A stretch of 58,677 bases of DNA, counting the filler, from Sphacelaria rigidula (lineage: Eukaryota): assembly GCA_964200075.2 (NCBI GenBank). It is 5 parts of 5 records of this genome, joined end to end, with 100 filler letters (N's around TTAATTAATTAA, not from the genome) between each part and the next. Parts side by side here need not be neighbours in the genome. Positions count along the whole stretch, not along the records: positions 35,269 to 46,923 come from CAXNAA020004658.1; positions 47,024 to 58,677 come from CAXNAA020004659.1; 3 more parts are not named here. One strand, given 5' to 3'. Below are positions 37,751 through 50,679 of the stretch, piece by piece (position 1 is the first letter of the stretch; each line of letters opens with the position of its first letter). The position numbers and the translations under genes were made by a program. The notes under the pieces were generated by a model. It was given only the letters and a program-made list of their open reading frames with translations, did no database searches and was not told the DNA's origin.

Positions 37751-40579
37751 GTTATTTTGCATCAAGGGAATTTCGCAGGCTGGTTAAAGGAAGGCTGAAA
37801 AATGAGGGTTTCGGGGCATCCAACACTCCGAAGTTACAGGGGAAAAAGCAGGGCAACAGCGGTATTGAGGATTGTCTAGTACACGGACGTGACAAAGACA
37901 TCGCTAAAAATGAGGTTGAATATGAGACAATTGGGTCGAAGTCGCCTTCCGAAAAGTCACATGTTGAGTAGAACATTGTGGCGCGCTGTTGCCTAGACGT
38001 CTAAGATGAAAGAGGGAATGTTCGTATTAGAAGTGAAGTGCCGTCGTTGGTCTGTCGGACAAGCATTTTTGTTTCTGAAAACCTCTTGTCGACGTGAAAA
38101 TTGGAATTTTTACATGTGCGAAACTTACTGCCCTTGGCGAAATTGCTCAGGAGTAGAATAGATCTCCGGCACCATTTCCTTCCAAGATGAAGAAATCCGA
38201 TGAGAAGCAGCTCTTCATTGGTTAGTTGTTTTTGCAACACTGTTTAACGTGAAGTATGACTTTTCAAAAGGCGACTTCAGGCGACTTCAGCCGCAGTTGA
38301 GCGTTCAACCTGGCTTTTCAGGATTCTCAATTTGGTGTAAGGTAGACTTCCATTTCACCGCCAGGGTCGACCAACTGTCGAATCGCATTTGCTTTTCCTC
38401 GTTTTCCAAGCGCAAATGATGCCGAGGCAACAGATACACACCTTAGCGGCCAGAGGGTGAAGATGATGGGCTCCGGTGATTTTCTTATTTAATTCAGGCA
38501 AGTATTAGAAAGTACAACGGCGAAGTGTTTGAGTTGCCAGTGTGCGAATTTCTATATCGGAGATGGAGATTTCAGCCGAGGCTGAGGTGACCGAAGTCAT
38601 GTTGATCATAAGGGTTGGAACGTTTCCTGCCAAGTGCTTTCGGGGATGCCAAACACGGATACGTGTACTGGTACAAATAGTGCAGGCATCAGACGGTATC
38701 GTTTGTCGTACATTTTGTGAAGTTACAGTGCTGTTGGCAAGTTTCTCGGTTGACGGAGAAGCCTGTATTGAGCCGGAAGATGAACGACCTCGTGCGTTCG
38801 GCGTCACAACTCACGCGTCTTTCTTGTATATCCACCCGTGGAGCACTCGGTGAAAAGGAGTAGCTGACATAGTTTCAACTCACCGCCATACGACCCGAGT
38901 GCACGAAAAATGCACAGACTCGAAAGCAGGTAGCCTACATTTTCGCTGACAGTTATCTTACCTTCATGTGCATTCGCTTTCGCATGTCCTTATTCATCAT
39001 CGCCCCAGACTCTCAAAAAGCCAACCATCTGCTGCGATGCAGCCAGATCCAGTGTCAACTGGGGCAACGGATACAGTACTTGCCCCATTAACAAGAAATA
39101 TCGTGGAATTCGCGATCGACTCCCACGTGAGGCCTTCGACAACATCGCTGCCCTTCTGTGCGGTCGTTACCATGTCTTCTGGGGGCCGCCCGATGCACCT
39201 TCTGTTACCAGGGTAGTCCACAACTCTTCCACATGTCCACAACCGCAACGGGACCATATCTCCCTCGGCATAGCTCCCGATAATATCTTATGGATCCCTC
39301 CGCTCCGTTTCACGAATGTGCATGTCTCCGGCATAATTCCGGGAATGTTCCATCTGGAGCACTAGTCTGTCCCCTCGGGTCACTGTCTATCCCGTCCCCG
39401 GAGTAACAGTCATACTCTGACTCCAGTCGGTGTCTCTTCCCACCCCCCCCCTGGAGTACACTTCTCATCACGACCCTGGAGTCTCTCTCCACACAGGAAC
39501 GAACTGTCTAGGCACGCCGCACGGCAAAGTCCGTGGATCCCTGAGACTACTTCTCCCACTCCTATTCTCCCACTTCCACTCCTAGGGGGAGTATTAGCAT
39601 TACAAATGAGTGTTCTTTCATGACAGGGACGTGTTATTGTTCGAATTGTTCAAATATGTGCACTTTGCTGCGTCATAAAAGCAGGAAAATTACGAAGCGT
39701 ACGGTGATAATCACGTCAGGCGGCAGGTGGGTGCCTGGACACTGTCGTGAGCAGACACGGCGAGCCCTAGTTGATAACCAACCGTTCAGTACCGAAGGAC
39801 TAGCATTCGGCGTAAGGGTGAACTTGTCTTGGACGACATTTTTGGCGGCAGTCCGGTGCTTTATCGTGTACATGAAGTTGGCTCGAGCACAGCCAAAAGC
39901 ACACACATTCAAGGCCTCCGCCACGGGCCGTCGAACGACGCGGTTGTGGCTCTGTAACTGTCACGGTCACCGCACAGCACGAGTTACTCATCTGGCACCA
40001 GAAGCCAACCAAACATCATAACTCAGCGCCCAATCACGTGACTTTGTTTCGTCGTGGGTTCGAGATGGGAACCTTGCTCCCCACCAGTTTTACCAAGCCA
40101 CGAATAGCGACATTGAAACATGCCGAATCGGTTTCATTTGGTGTCTCACCAGAGTCGATCGCAGCACGTCTATTTGCTCGACTTCTTTTCTCGCATAAGC
40201 ATGCCGTGTGCCCGCTCAAAACGAGCGGATGAGCCCCAGTGCACTCACGCTGTGGAACAAATAACGCCCGTAACAGCGACACTTTCGTACAACATGTCGA
40301 AGCTGCGGCAAACGTACAATATTTTGATCGCACGGGAGCTCCCACAATAACACCCCGACCCTGTCGTGACAACACCCAGCCCAAGCGACAGGCTTTGCTC
40401 GGGACAGGCAACGTCACAGTGAGTCTAGCTCTTGTCGTGGGAACCACGCCAACATTGCCTCAGGCCACATCTCTCACCTCATACCAAGGGCGTTTGGCAC
40501 GACAAATCAATATGCTTCATCTGCTCACACGCGTCTGTCCCAGGGAAATATGACCGTGAAAATAATTCCAAGAACCCAC

Positions 40580-43500
40580 CTGCAGATGGAATAGTCTTCC
40601 GATAAGCGCACACGAATCGGCCACGTCTGTCGACTCAGTCTGACCCAACTCCCCCAGGCTGGCTTCGTAAGCCTCCACCTCCAGTTTCTCATTGCCGGAT
40701 AGCTCCTCCAGTGAACGCCACAAACGGATCAGCGCGTAAAAGCCCGTGTTCAGCCCCTCGTTGTCATAAAAGTCCCGGACCACGGGCAGGCTGCCGAGGA
40801 ACTGCGTTTGGCGTCTGACAGCTTCCTCGACCAACTCCTGCCGACTTGTACACTCCAGTTTGATGAAGTCCAACAGCAGATCGTGCAGCCGAAAGAAGTC
40901 TTCCACCTTGTGCAACAGTGCATTGTCCACCAGGAACTCAGCTTCTCTTCTGGCACCCTGTTCATCCTGCAATTCGACAATGACGATACACACATTCGTG
41001 TTCTGTGTGCTCGATTCTGTATCGTACGGTCCACCAAGTGACTGTTTCGATAACCCCAGGTGACAGTAAGATCTCACTACAAAGTAGCTACGGTACCTTG
41101 GATTCCTACTTTCGGCACTCATCTATCAATCTCTTCCAAAGAAGACTCGCATTTCATGGGCGTTGAAGCCATGCCCCTCAACCGATGTGAGGTAAGATCA
41201 CCACACCGAAGGGCGATGGACGGAATACTGCACACGACCAGTCAGTGGTATCGGCATCGAAGTGAAAACGGACAATTGTTGCGCGATCGCGAGGCAGTCG
41301 CGCTGGTGGCTCAGATGGCACCTCGGAACCCTCTGGCAGTCGACACGTGGAAACGAATCTTGGTGAACGCACACGCGATCTGGGACGTTTTCGTTCATCA
41401 TGCCCAACAGTGGAGAGCGACGATGTCGTGGGCACCTAAATTCCATCCAACGGTGGACGACGGAAAGAGGGTCGCTGAATCCTCGTCGCGATGAGAAACA
41501 ATGGAAGCACAGCAGAAATAAAGTGGAGTGCCAAGACAAAATAGACCCTCTTGTGCTGTCCTCCCTACTGACTGCGTGACCGCGGCTGATGTAGATGTAC
41601 CCACATATTCCGAAAGGCGTAGACCGACGTAGAGAATATCCGCAGCATGCTCTCCGCCCCGCACCTCACACAACTGGTGCCATGACCTTAGCGAAACGTT
41701 GAAACGAAATTGATGTCTACTTCAAGCGCAGACCAAACTATTCGTCATACAAAACAGGGAGCACTGGATAGCTTGAAAGCATTCGTATGCTCACAGTGCG
41801 CGTGAATCGAGCTACAGCATATTTGCCATCGAGCCTGCAGAGTCGGGTACCGCATACAGGGGAGGGGGGGGGGCGGACTCATTTGTTGCTTGCGTTAGTC
41901 GTTTGACCATTGACCACGCATCCCTTTCGAGACGGAGCACGGGAGGGGGTAGACAACACGTAGTTATATAAACTTCTACCCATTCGCAACCCTTACTCAC
42001 TGAGCATGGCCCACGTATAACATTCTGTGGCCAACGAAAACACCTTCGAGTATACCGCACCTTTTCCCAGAGGGTGGCCAGCATGGCACTTGATGCTAAG
42101 ACACCAGGGGCAAGCACAACCAGACGCAGGAACATGTCCTCGTCATCTTGACCCAACCAATCCAGACTCACGGACAGGACGGGAAACAGCGACGTCTTCG
42201 ACCCGTCCTGTCCGTCATCGGCGGCGATGTCGGCGTTTATCTTCATGGCTCGGCGTGTTTTTTTCTTTTTCGTAATCTCTTCATGCAGCTGCTGCCAGGA
42301 CAAGGCACAGTTTGGACTATTGGTGACGCGGGGGAGAGACCCTGCAATAGCTAGGGCCAGCGCTAGCCGCCCGCATTCCTCAGCAACCTACGACACGTGC
42401 ATCACGCGGGAAGACATCAACACTGTCAGTGGACACAACCCAACGACACTAGCGGAAATTGGCCCTATATCAAAACATCGGCTGCCAAGACAAGGCCGCT
42501 TGCACTCTACCTTTCACAACGACGAGCTTCATTTGTGAACCGGGACATACTTGCGTCAACCGAAGAAGCCATAACCTCAGTCGCCCATGTTGATAAGCGT
42601 ATATTTGCGGGCAAAATGTGAGCTTGTCCCGCATCTTTCAAAAGCTCCATGAATCTGTGGACATTATACCTGGTCAGCCTCTCTCTCCGGAAGTACTTCC
42701 GCTCCGCTCTTCGACTTTAGCAGCTGGCGCGCCTCATCCTCGGTCACACTCCCCACCTCAGTGCACCCTCCGTCCATAGCGACTACTCCGCGGACACGCG
42801 TAGTCACCAACAGTCGAAGTCCTGTGGGCACCAGCAGATCGACAATGTCACGTTGCCACACGTCGTCCACCACAACCAAGCAAGGTGAGTCAATCGCCGC
42901 AGCGGCTGCAGTCAAGCTCCGCACAACCTCGTCCTCGCTGTTGAAGTTGCGGGAACCCATAGGAGTTACCATCATCTTGGCGGCTAGGCCCTCGAGGAGC
43001 GCTAGACGTTGAGCCTTACTGACCTGTCCCACGCTGAGCCAGAAGATTCCTCCGCGGAAGTGCTTGTTCGCGTCTGGGTTAGAAACGACTGAAGACGCTA
43101 GCACTGTCTTACCTGCCCCCCCCATTCCAAATAGCACGTATGGACCACTGCTGGCATCAGCTGCCGTGAGATTAGAAACAATCTCCGACACCAGAGCAGT
43201 GCGTTCAACGTAGCCCGAAGGTCGCGACCGCGTTTCAGTCGGAATGCTCGCCACACCTCCTGGGACAGGCGAGTGTGTTAACATGCTGCGTGTAGCGCGA
43301 GCATCCGCAGCTGCAGCAAGCCCGGCGGCGCTCGTTGCCGTGGAAAGGATTTCCTGTAGTGTCGTCCTGTGCGTTTCGATCTTGTTTCTGTCTCTGGCAT
43401 ACAGACGTAACCTTCGCCAAGGCAAACAACAGCGCACCTTGGCGTCGAACTGGTTGGCGGTATCGTTGATATCACTAATCTCGACTGTAACCCGCTGCAA

Positions 43501-43854
43501 AGCGGTCTGGATGTGAGCGGGTAGCTCCGGCGCACGGGCATTGTCCAGTACGATACTCGTGATCAAGACACAATAGCTGAGGAGATCCAGCAGTTCCTCC
43601 CGTGCAGCGGTCGCTCCTCTAACAGCTTCGAACAGAGATTCAAGGACAACACAAACAGGCCTCACAGCGTCGACGTTAACTGCATCTGCCAGTAGACCCA
43701 ACCCCTCGATGACTACCCGAGTGCCAGTATCCCCAGTCGTAGCCTCCGCCGACTCTGCCCGAAGAAGAACAGCTTCGTACCATGGCCCATTGTCTTCGAT
43801 GACCCTCAACGTCCGCTCTAGTGCCTGGAGGACACGACGAACAGCATGCGCCAT
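40580..43854 (-). CDS. NLR-like STAND NB-ARC protein with an N-terminal helical (MLKL-like) domain; exons 43854-42670, 42387-42061, 40966-40580; C-terminal exons not found
   Basis: Three exons (395+109+129 aa) joined by phase-0 GT-AG introns. P-loop GMGGAGKTVLA, Walker B CLVVVDDVW, RNBS-B LLVTTR, GLPL-like CGRLALALAIAG, winged-helix VLSVSLDWL...FLRLVVL and MHD-like RLHDLL. The exon 3 end (...LIGRLFHLQ|GT) resembles the junction preceding TPR exons in brown algal NB-ARC-TPR genes. Confidence 0.9.
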
Positions 43855-44601
43855 GCGGTGGACGGGGCAGCAGGTACAAAACGCCGTCCTCTGTTTCACT
43901 AGTGACAATCAGTAGCTCAGCACTGGACTCCTGCACAGGTCCCCAGCCCAGAGCAAACACCAACAGAGGTACAGCCTGGGTTTACAACTTATTTCCCATC
44001 GTGCATCGTGGTGGAGGCTTCGGTTATTGTTATCAACATCTCGTTCATTTTTTCTCGTGGATTTCACGCTTTCCAGAGTGATATTATAAACAATTCCAGT
44101 CTTCTCCGCCGGCCTGTCTGAAAGGCACATTTCCGTCTCATGGTGATATTCGCACACCACGTACGTCTACGCGTCTGCATCGCACACTCTACAATGGTTC
44201 TCAATATATATGATTGTCGTTCCTCACCTGGACCGGAGTGCCCATGACCGCGGAGGATGTCATTGCAGCGCCTTGAAATAACCGTTTAGAAAGCGGCAGA
44301 GTCACGTCCGACAAAGAACAGAGGGAGGTGGCGTAAGCCGATAGTCCCCAAGGTTAATGACTATGTGCTGCTGCCGCGCGTATATTATACTTGGGCCCGT
44401 CCAACCAAAGAAAAACAATATGATGAAAGTCGACAGATTGGGGGGAGTTGATCCACAACTTGCTCGATGATACTTGCAAGGCAACAAACTGTTGGCAGAG
44501 GGGTTGATTAGTTGATCCTTCGAGTCCACGGGCTTGTACTGACCAATGGCGAGGGATGAAAGTGTACCTAAACCATGAGCAAAATGGTCATAAGCTGGCA
44601 C

Positions 44602-44960
44602 TGTTTTGTGTGTCGTCGTCCCATCTATTTCGGACGCCGGTCTACACCTGTCGTTATATGCGGGCGCACCAGCTGGGGTCATACAGGAGGAAGGTCGACA
44701 CAGGAAGTTTTTTCTCTCCTCTTTCATGTAGTTCTCCACCTGCCTTCGGCGGTGGTTGCCTTTCTTTTTCATCGCGAGAAGGGTTCAGCAGCCCCTTCCC
44801 CTCGTCAACCATTGAGTCGAATTGTGTGTACCCACGACATAGTCGCACTCCACTGATGGGGTTTGTGTGAGAAACAACCCTGGATCGCTCCGAGATTCGA
44901 ACCCACGACCCAAACGTCAGAAGGTTTCGAGGTTATCAACTGAGCCACCGGGGTAGCCGG
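44602..44960 (-). mobile_element. tRNA-derived SINE
   Basis: Minus strand reads CCGGTGGCTCAGTTG...CCTTCTGACGTTTGGGTCGTGGGTTCGAATCTC (A and B boxes) followed by a body homologous to 22607-22958. Confidence 0.8.
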
Positions 44961-44987
44961 CTTCTATATATATGGCTCACCTCCCAC

Positions 44988-46246
44988 CAGTGTTGCATAT
45001 CGGACCGAGAATAAAGTTCGATAGATATTTTTAGAATATCGAACGACAACCGCCGATATCGATATTTTTGTCGATATTCCGAAAATGACACGATACGTAT
45101 CGAATATCGATATTCGATACGATATGGCTGTTTTGGTGTGGCCGCAGTGTACAAGACGGAGCGGTACACTGGCACTGACACCCNNNNNNNNNNCGTTGCA
45201 ACAATGTCGTCGAGAGAAAGTGATCGAGCTTTGAAATTCGCTCCTGAGGGTGTGGTATCTCAAGGAACCTGCGGTAGTTTTCCAGTGGACAGCAGTGGAC
45301 ACATGATGTACAGCAGCAGCGGGCAGTGTGCAAATTGACATCATAGCAGCGGTGGTATATGCGGTGATACAGCTGTCTTGCGAATATCTTCCGTCATCGT
45401 GCAAGATGTACTGCATTATAGTTGATCACAGCGGGCCGGGTATGGTATTGGTTATACTTCGTTTCACATATTTCGACTCTGCTCATTCATTAGGAAAGGA
45501 AAAGGTGTCAAACCGAACATGCGCAAACTCAAATGCGAGCTCTTTTTTTTAAACGTTTTTCGTCACCAATACCAGGAAACGTCGGCAGCATGCGTCAACT
45601 TCTAATTTTTGGATGCCAATATATACATATATATATATATTCGCGTGTCACCAACAACGAGTGTCACTAACCAAGAGGAAGACACCACTAAGCTTGCAAC
45701 AATCAAAATGTAAAGAGTAATGGATGGAGGGGAAAATAAATCCAACATTCATCAAACATGAAGGAAAGGCGAAGCGACGGTACCATCTCCTCATACCCCG
45801 AAGCACGGCTGTTTTCAACTGTTATCTGCAGCTTTGCATTGATCGTGACCTCGTATCTACTCAGTCACGCCACCCGTGTGTTGCCATTGGTACACACTCC
45901 CGCTGAATCATATCACTGAACTCTAAACACACGAGGCACCAGCGGTTACTCTGGCGCCTCCTATCCTACGAGTAGATATTGCATCCATTTGCACACCGTG
46001 CAACCGCTCCAGATCTATACTCGCAAGGGCAACTTGTAGACCCTGCGTTTACTGTGACGACGGTTTCGAGAAATTGAGCTAATGTGACGAAAAAAAAAAA
46101 TCGAGAATATTGATATTCGATATTGATATTCGATATTGATAAATATCACATTTATCGGTTTTCTACGCTTCGATACCGATATGGCATATCGCCGATATTT
46201 TTTTATCGAAATCATATCGATTATCGATATTCGATGTGCAACACTG
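44988..46246. mobile_element. Non-autonomous hAT-like transposon
   Basis: TIRs CAGTGTTGCATATCG / CGATGTGCAACACTG; 8-bp TSD CCTCCCAC (44980-44987, 46247-46254); subterminal clusters of CGATAT/ATATCG. Confidence 0.88.
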
Positions 46247-46419
46247 CCTCCCACAGATAGGGGTAACTCAACGTGACATCAAATAATTTCGCGTGAAGCG
46301 CAACCATGGCCGAGCATTTGAAAAAAGTAACTCGGCAAGTATCGAGGACCCACCCGAAATCAGGGGAAGAACCGATGCAGTCTATATTCATTGCGTTTCA
46401 ATGAAATCATTCACAGGCA

Positions 46420-46923
46420 CCGTAGGTAAGGTAGGTACCCGGTACCGGTATTTGGGACATCTCATACCCTACCGATACCGACCCAATCCGGACTGCTGCC
46501 GAGATAGCCCCCCCCAAAAACCGGCCAAAAATGTGCACGAAGGCGATGATCATAAATGCCGTTAGAGCTGGTTTCGTCTTCCACGACGCGACTTATTTGG
46601 CTGTTATAGCTGATTTCGGACCGCTACAAAACTTTCATGTGGGCGGCATTGCTGCGAATGAGACCAATAGTGGGATCGCAGCCGGTTTGTCGGACGGTCT
46701 CCCGTGCACTTTTTGTGGGGGGGCTATCTCGGCATTAGTCTCCGGTATTTTGAAATGCCATACCTACGATACCTACGATACCAGGGTATTTTGAGATTTC
46801 AGTACCTACCCTACTTGCCCAATCCGGTATTTTGAAATGCCATACCTACGATACCAGGGTATTTTGAGATTTCAATACCTACCCTACCCGCCCAATCCGG
46901 TATTTTGAAATGCCATACCTACG
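46420..46923. repeat. Repeat-rich transposon-like end: inverted GCCGAGATAGCCCCCCC pair plus tandem TCCGGTATTTTGAAATGCCATACCTACG units
   Basis: Inverted pair at about 46497-46520 and 46711-46735; three tandem units from 46741 to the contig end. Confidence 0.55.
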
Positions 46924-47023
46924 NNNNNNNNNNNNNNNNNNNNNNNNNNNNNNNNNNNNNNNNNNNNTTAATTAATTAANNNNNNNNNNNNNNNNNNNNN
47001 NNNNNNNNNNNNNNNNNNNNNNN
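46924..47023. other. Artificial contig linker
   Basis: N44-TTAATTAATTAA-N44. Confidence 0.97.
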
Positions 47024-47089
47024 GTACTTTTCCAAGTGAATATTGATGCCGATTCAGCAGGTGACCTACTCTCGCGGTCTGACGGTCAA
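47024..47089. mobile_element. Truncated piggyBac-like MITE arm at contig start
   Basis: GATGCCGATTCAGCAGGTGACCTACTCTCGCGGTCTG. Confidence 0.6.
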
Positions 47090-47109
47090 GTCCTCCTGCG
47101 GAGTTTGGG

Positions 47110-50100
47110 GGGGAAGATACTTTCGCTCTGTGTTACTCTTTCGTATCTTCCCTGCAATAGAGAAACGCGACTTTAGCCCCATTTTAGTGTTGAACCCCAA
47201 AATTTTAAATCGGCTGCTATATGGCACATCGCGTTCATTACGCGTGAGCTCTACAGCCGATTTCTACTACTCGTCCTACTTGTAACCCCTCACTAACCCA
47301 AGGACGAATCCCTAGTCCCTCGTCCTCACGGATGGCCGCGCCATCTCTCCCCTGGTACCTGCCTGATATAATTTTTTATCAGTCATCTCATGAAAAGAGT
47401 TCACCGCCGCCATGCCTTCGTAGACCCGTAGATTTGGTATCTGAGACTTGATAAACCGCCGATCCTAAAAAATGGAGTTGAACACTAGAATGGGGTTTCA
47501 GCAGCATGGCATTTTTGCAGGAATGGCGCCAAGCAGTTACACAAAGGAAAACCACCTCCCCTCCCCCCCCAAAAATCTGCAGCAATTAAGCAGTTGCGGC
47601 TAGGTCCATCAAACCAATGCGATGTACACGCGTGTCGATGACGATATCACCAGAGAGAGAAGCAACGGCAGAGAGGAAGCTCCTCGCCCGTGCCCTTCGT
47701 GTGTCCTTGCTCGGCGATTCTCAATCGCTCGAGAGACTGACATTATACATGTTACCAGCATGTACCCAATTTCCCATGTGCCAGTATGCAGGTTATTGCT
47801 GCACAGCCCCTCAAATGACATCGAGGTTCCGAGGGGTGCCGTCTCTTCTTGTCTGTGGGGCTTACCAAAAATGCAAAGGTCGATTCCTCTCTGCCTCTCT
47901 TTTTGGACAGGACGCGCCTCTGTGCGTTGCAGAACACGTCGTTGAAAAACAAGGCGGCGTTCCAGTCACCGCTACTACTGTTGACTGTCACACACATGCC
48001 AGCAAGGACGGTGCTGCTGCGGCAATAACAGATCCAACCGGAGCTTGGGGGGATGTTGTTCATCGTTGATTTTACCGGACATGTGTACCTGTTCGTGCGC
48101 GACGACAAGAGCGTGCAACACGCCAGTTGAGGGGATGTATGAGAGATCAAACACTTGTGGAGACCTTCTTATCATGCAAAGTGTAAAAATCTACCTATGG
48201 TGGGGACCTAACTGTTGCTGGGGTGGCTCAGGGGGATGCCTCCATGGTGCAATCTGGAGCACCCACTCGCTGCGTGTGTGTCGCGGTATCTTTCGAGAAT
48301 TACCATGTGAGGAGGTCATTCATAACAAGCTGGAGCGAAGTATGTTCCACGAGGAACAAGGGTGCTCTATGATCAACCACTTGTCATTGCATTTGAGACC
48401 CACGCCACCAACCGCCGACTGCAAGGGTCTTGTGGCTTTCAAGCAACCCTGGTGGCAGTACACCAGACAAACCCGGCCATAGCAAGCTTTAGTTTCTCCA
48501 TTGTACTGACTGTCGTCTGTACAATCACCGTAACACCGAAATTGACCATGGTTGTACAAACTAAACAGTTCAATTTTTTCCAACTCATTCCACACAGTCT
48601 AAAGGATTCTCAAGAGCTACGGGGAGGGTGGGTCCCCCCCCCCCCTGCTAGGTATCAAATACACGACGACAGAGTTTTTGCAAGCTCGGGTAACACTGAC
48701 GGGGGCACAGAGAGTTTCTCCGAATGAAAGTCCACGCTTTCCCACCTGCAAACCGTTCCATGTGCACAATTTTCTATTTAGTTCGGTTCTATACTGATCG
48801 CTTTATGCCAATCCCAGCATAGTTCAAGAGCCGATTCAAAATTTTGGGGTTGAGCACTACAATGGGGTTCAGCTCGCCTTCGAAAAGTCGAGAATTTACG
48901 CCAAAGAGTATCACCACGGGAAAGAATCTTTGCAAGCAGAGTTTTTGTTGCGGTTTCGCCAGTGTAGTTAGGTGCGCCAAATGAGTATGGTGCACACGCG
49001 TGTCGATGACGATATTACCACAGGAGCAACGGCGAAGAGGAAACTCCTCGCCGGTGTCCATTGTGTGTCCTCGTTCGGCGATTCCAAATCGCTGCAGAGA
49101 TTGGCATCATGTTATAGTACCAGCACATCCCCAGGTTGCCATGTGTGGGCAGGCGGGTTATTGCAGTACAGCCGCGGAAGCAAGAACGCGGGATGCCCCG
49201 ATTGTCGACTCCTGACTGTGGCGCTGCGACCAATGCTAAGATTGGTTTATCTCTGCCTCTGTGCTTGGACAGGAAGTGCCTCTGTGCGCAGTAGAACACA
49301 TTAAAAAGCAGGCAGATGTTCCCGTCACCGCTACTGTTTTCTCTCACACAAATGCGAGCAAGGACGGCTGCGCCCTTGCGGCAAGATCTAATAATCGGAA
49401 GCTGGGGGGTGTTGTTGCAGTAGTTGATTTCACCCGACGTCTGCGAAACAAGGACAACAGACAGTCTGCCACATCCCAGTTGGGAGGGTGGATGTATGGG
49501 GGATTAAACGCTCGTGCAGACCTTCTTGGTATTCGGAGTGAAAAAAAACACCTTGTTTGGGTGACTTAACTCTTGCTGGCGTGACCGAAATGGGGGCTGC
49601 GATCCTGTAACTAATTATCTGCTGCCAACCGGCTGCATGCATGGTGTGTGTGTCGGGGGGGGGGGGTCTGTCGCACTAAGCTGTTATATGAGGAGAGTCT
49701 CCCTAATAAGCTGACGCGAGATGTGGTTAGAAACAGGGGTGTCCTATGATTAACCACCTGTCATCGCATTCCTGGCCCGCGCCGTTAAGCGCTGACCAGG
49801 AAGGTCTTGCCTGCGAACGGCTTTCGAGCAACGAGAGTAGTAGACAGTCGGTTCAGCCCGGAATATTACTGCAATTTCGTTGCTGCATTTACTGACTGCC
49901 TACTATAGTTCGATTGTACAAGCCTTGTGAGGAACAAGGATGATCATATTGGAATCTTATTTCATCATATCAAAACCGTGCTCGCAAGCTGAGGGAAAGT
50001 GCAAGAGTTGGGTTCGGTCAGCTTCTCGAGGATACTTTCGAATAGTTTCACCGAACGTTTCTGGAATTTGGATAGAGCGATCAGTATAGAACAAAGCTGA

Positions 50101-50475
50101 AGTGGACCCGTTCATGGTCAAATAGTTTTTTTCTCCTGAAAAACGCTTTGTGATTGGAAAAGGATGAGCTTCATTCGAACAAAACTCTCTCGGGGTCCGG
50201 CAATGTTTCTTAGGGCTTGCAAAAACTGTAGCATCGTTTTTCTTGTATCTGGCGGGAGGGGGGGGGACGCGCATTCAGGCAGCTTGCGAGAGCCGTCTTG
50301 CTTTAACCGATCAAGATTCTAATGTGATTACCCTTCTGCCTCACAAGGCTTGTACAATCGGATTGGTACAGGCAGACAGTACATGCAGCAACAAAATTGC
50401 ATAATATTCCGGGCTGAACCGACTGCCTACTACTGTCGTTGCTCAAAAGCTGTTCTCAGGCAAGACCTTGCTGCG
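47110..50475. repeat. Mosaic of duplicated and inverted non-coding modules, probably a decayed long-TIR element and a rearranged copy
   Basis: 47115-47220 inverted at 48828-48932; 47617-48530 directly repeated at 48987-49930; 48640-48760 inverted at about 50140-50270; 49800-49940 inverted at 50330-50470. Confidence 0.6.
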
Positions 50476-50679
50476 TTTCAGACGGCTACATCTCTCGATG
50501 ACAATGGATGATTCCTTCAAGACTGATCGTACCGAGACGTGACATGCCGACGCCGGCGTTCTAGAGTCTACGATGCCGCCGACAGCACTAACGAGTATTT
50601 GTTCGACACAGCCCGAGGAACAAGCGACCGATATCTCTCGCTCAACTCCCTCGGCACCACGTAGGAGCATCAGTGACGG

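Noticed and set aside
38505..40447. Short minus-strand ORFs downstream of the NB-ARC exons as candidate further exons
   Set aside because: No TPR, WD40 or LRR pattern and no convincing in-phase splice pairs.
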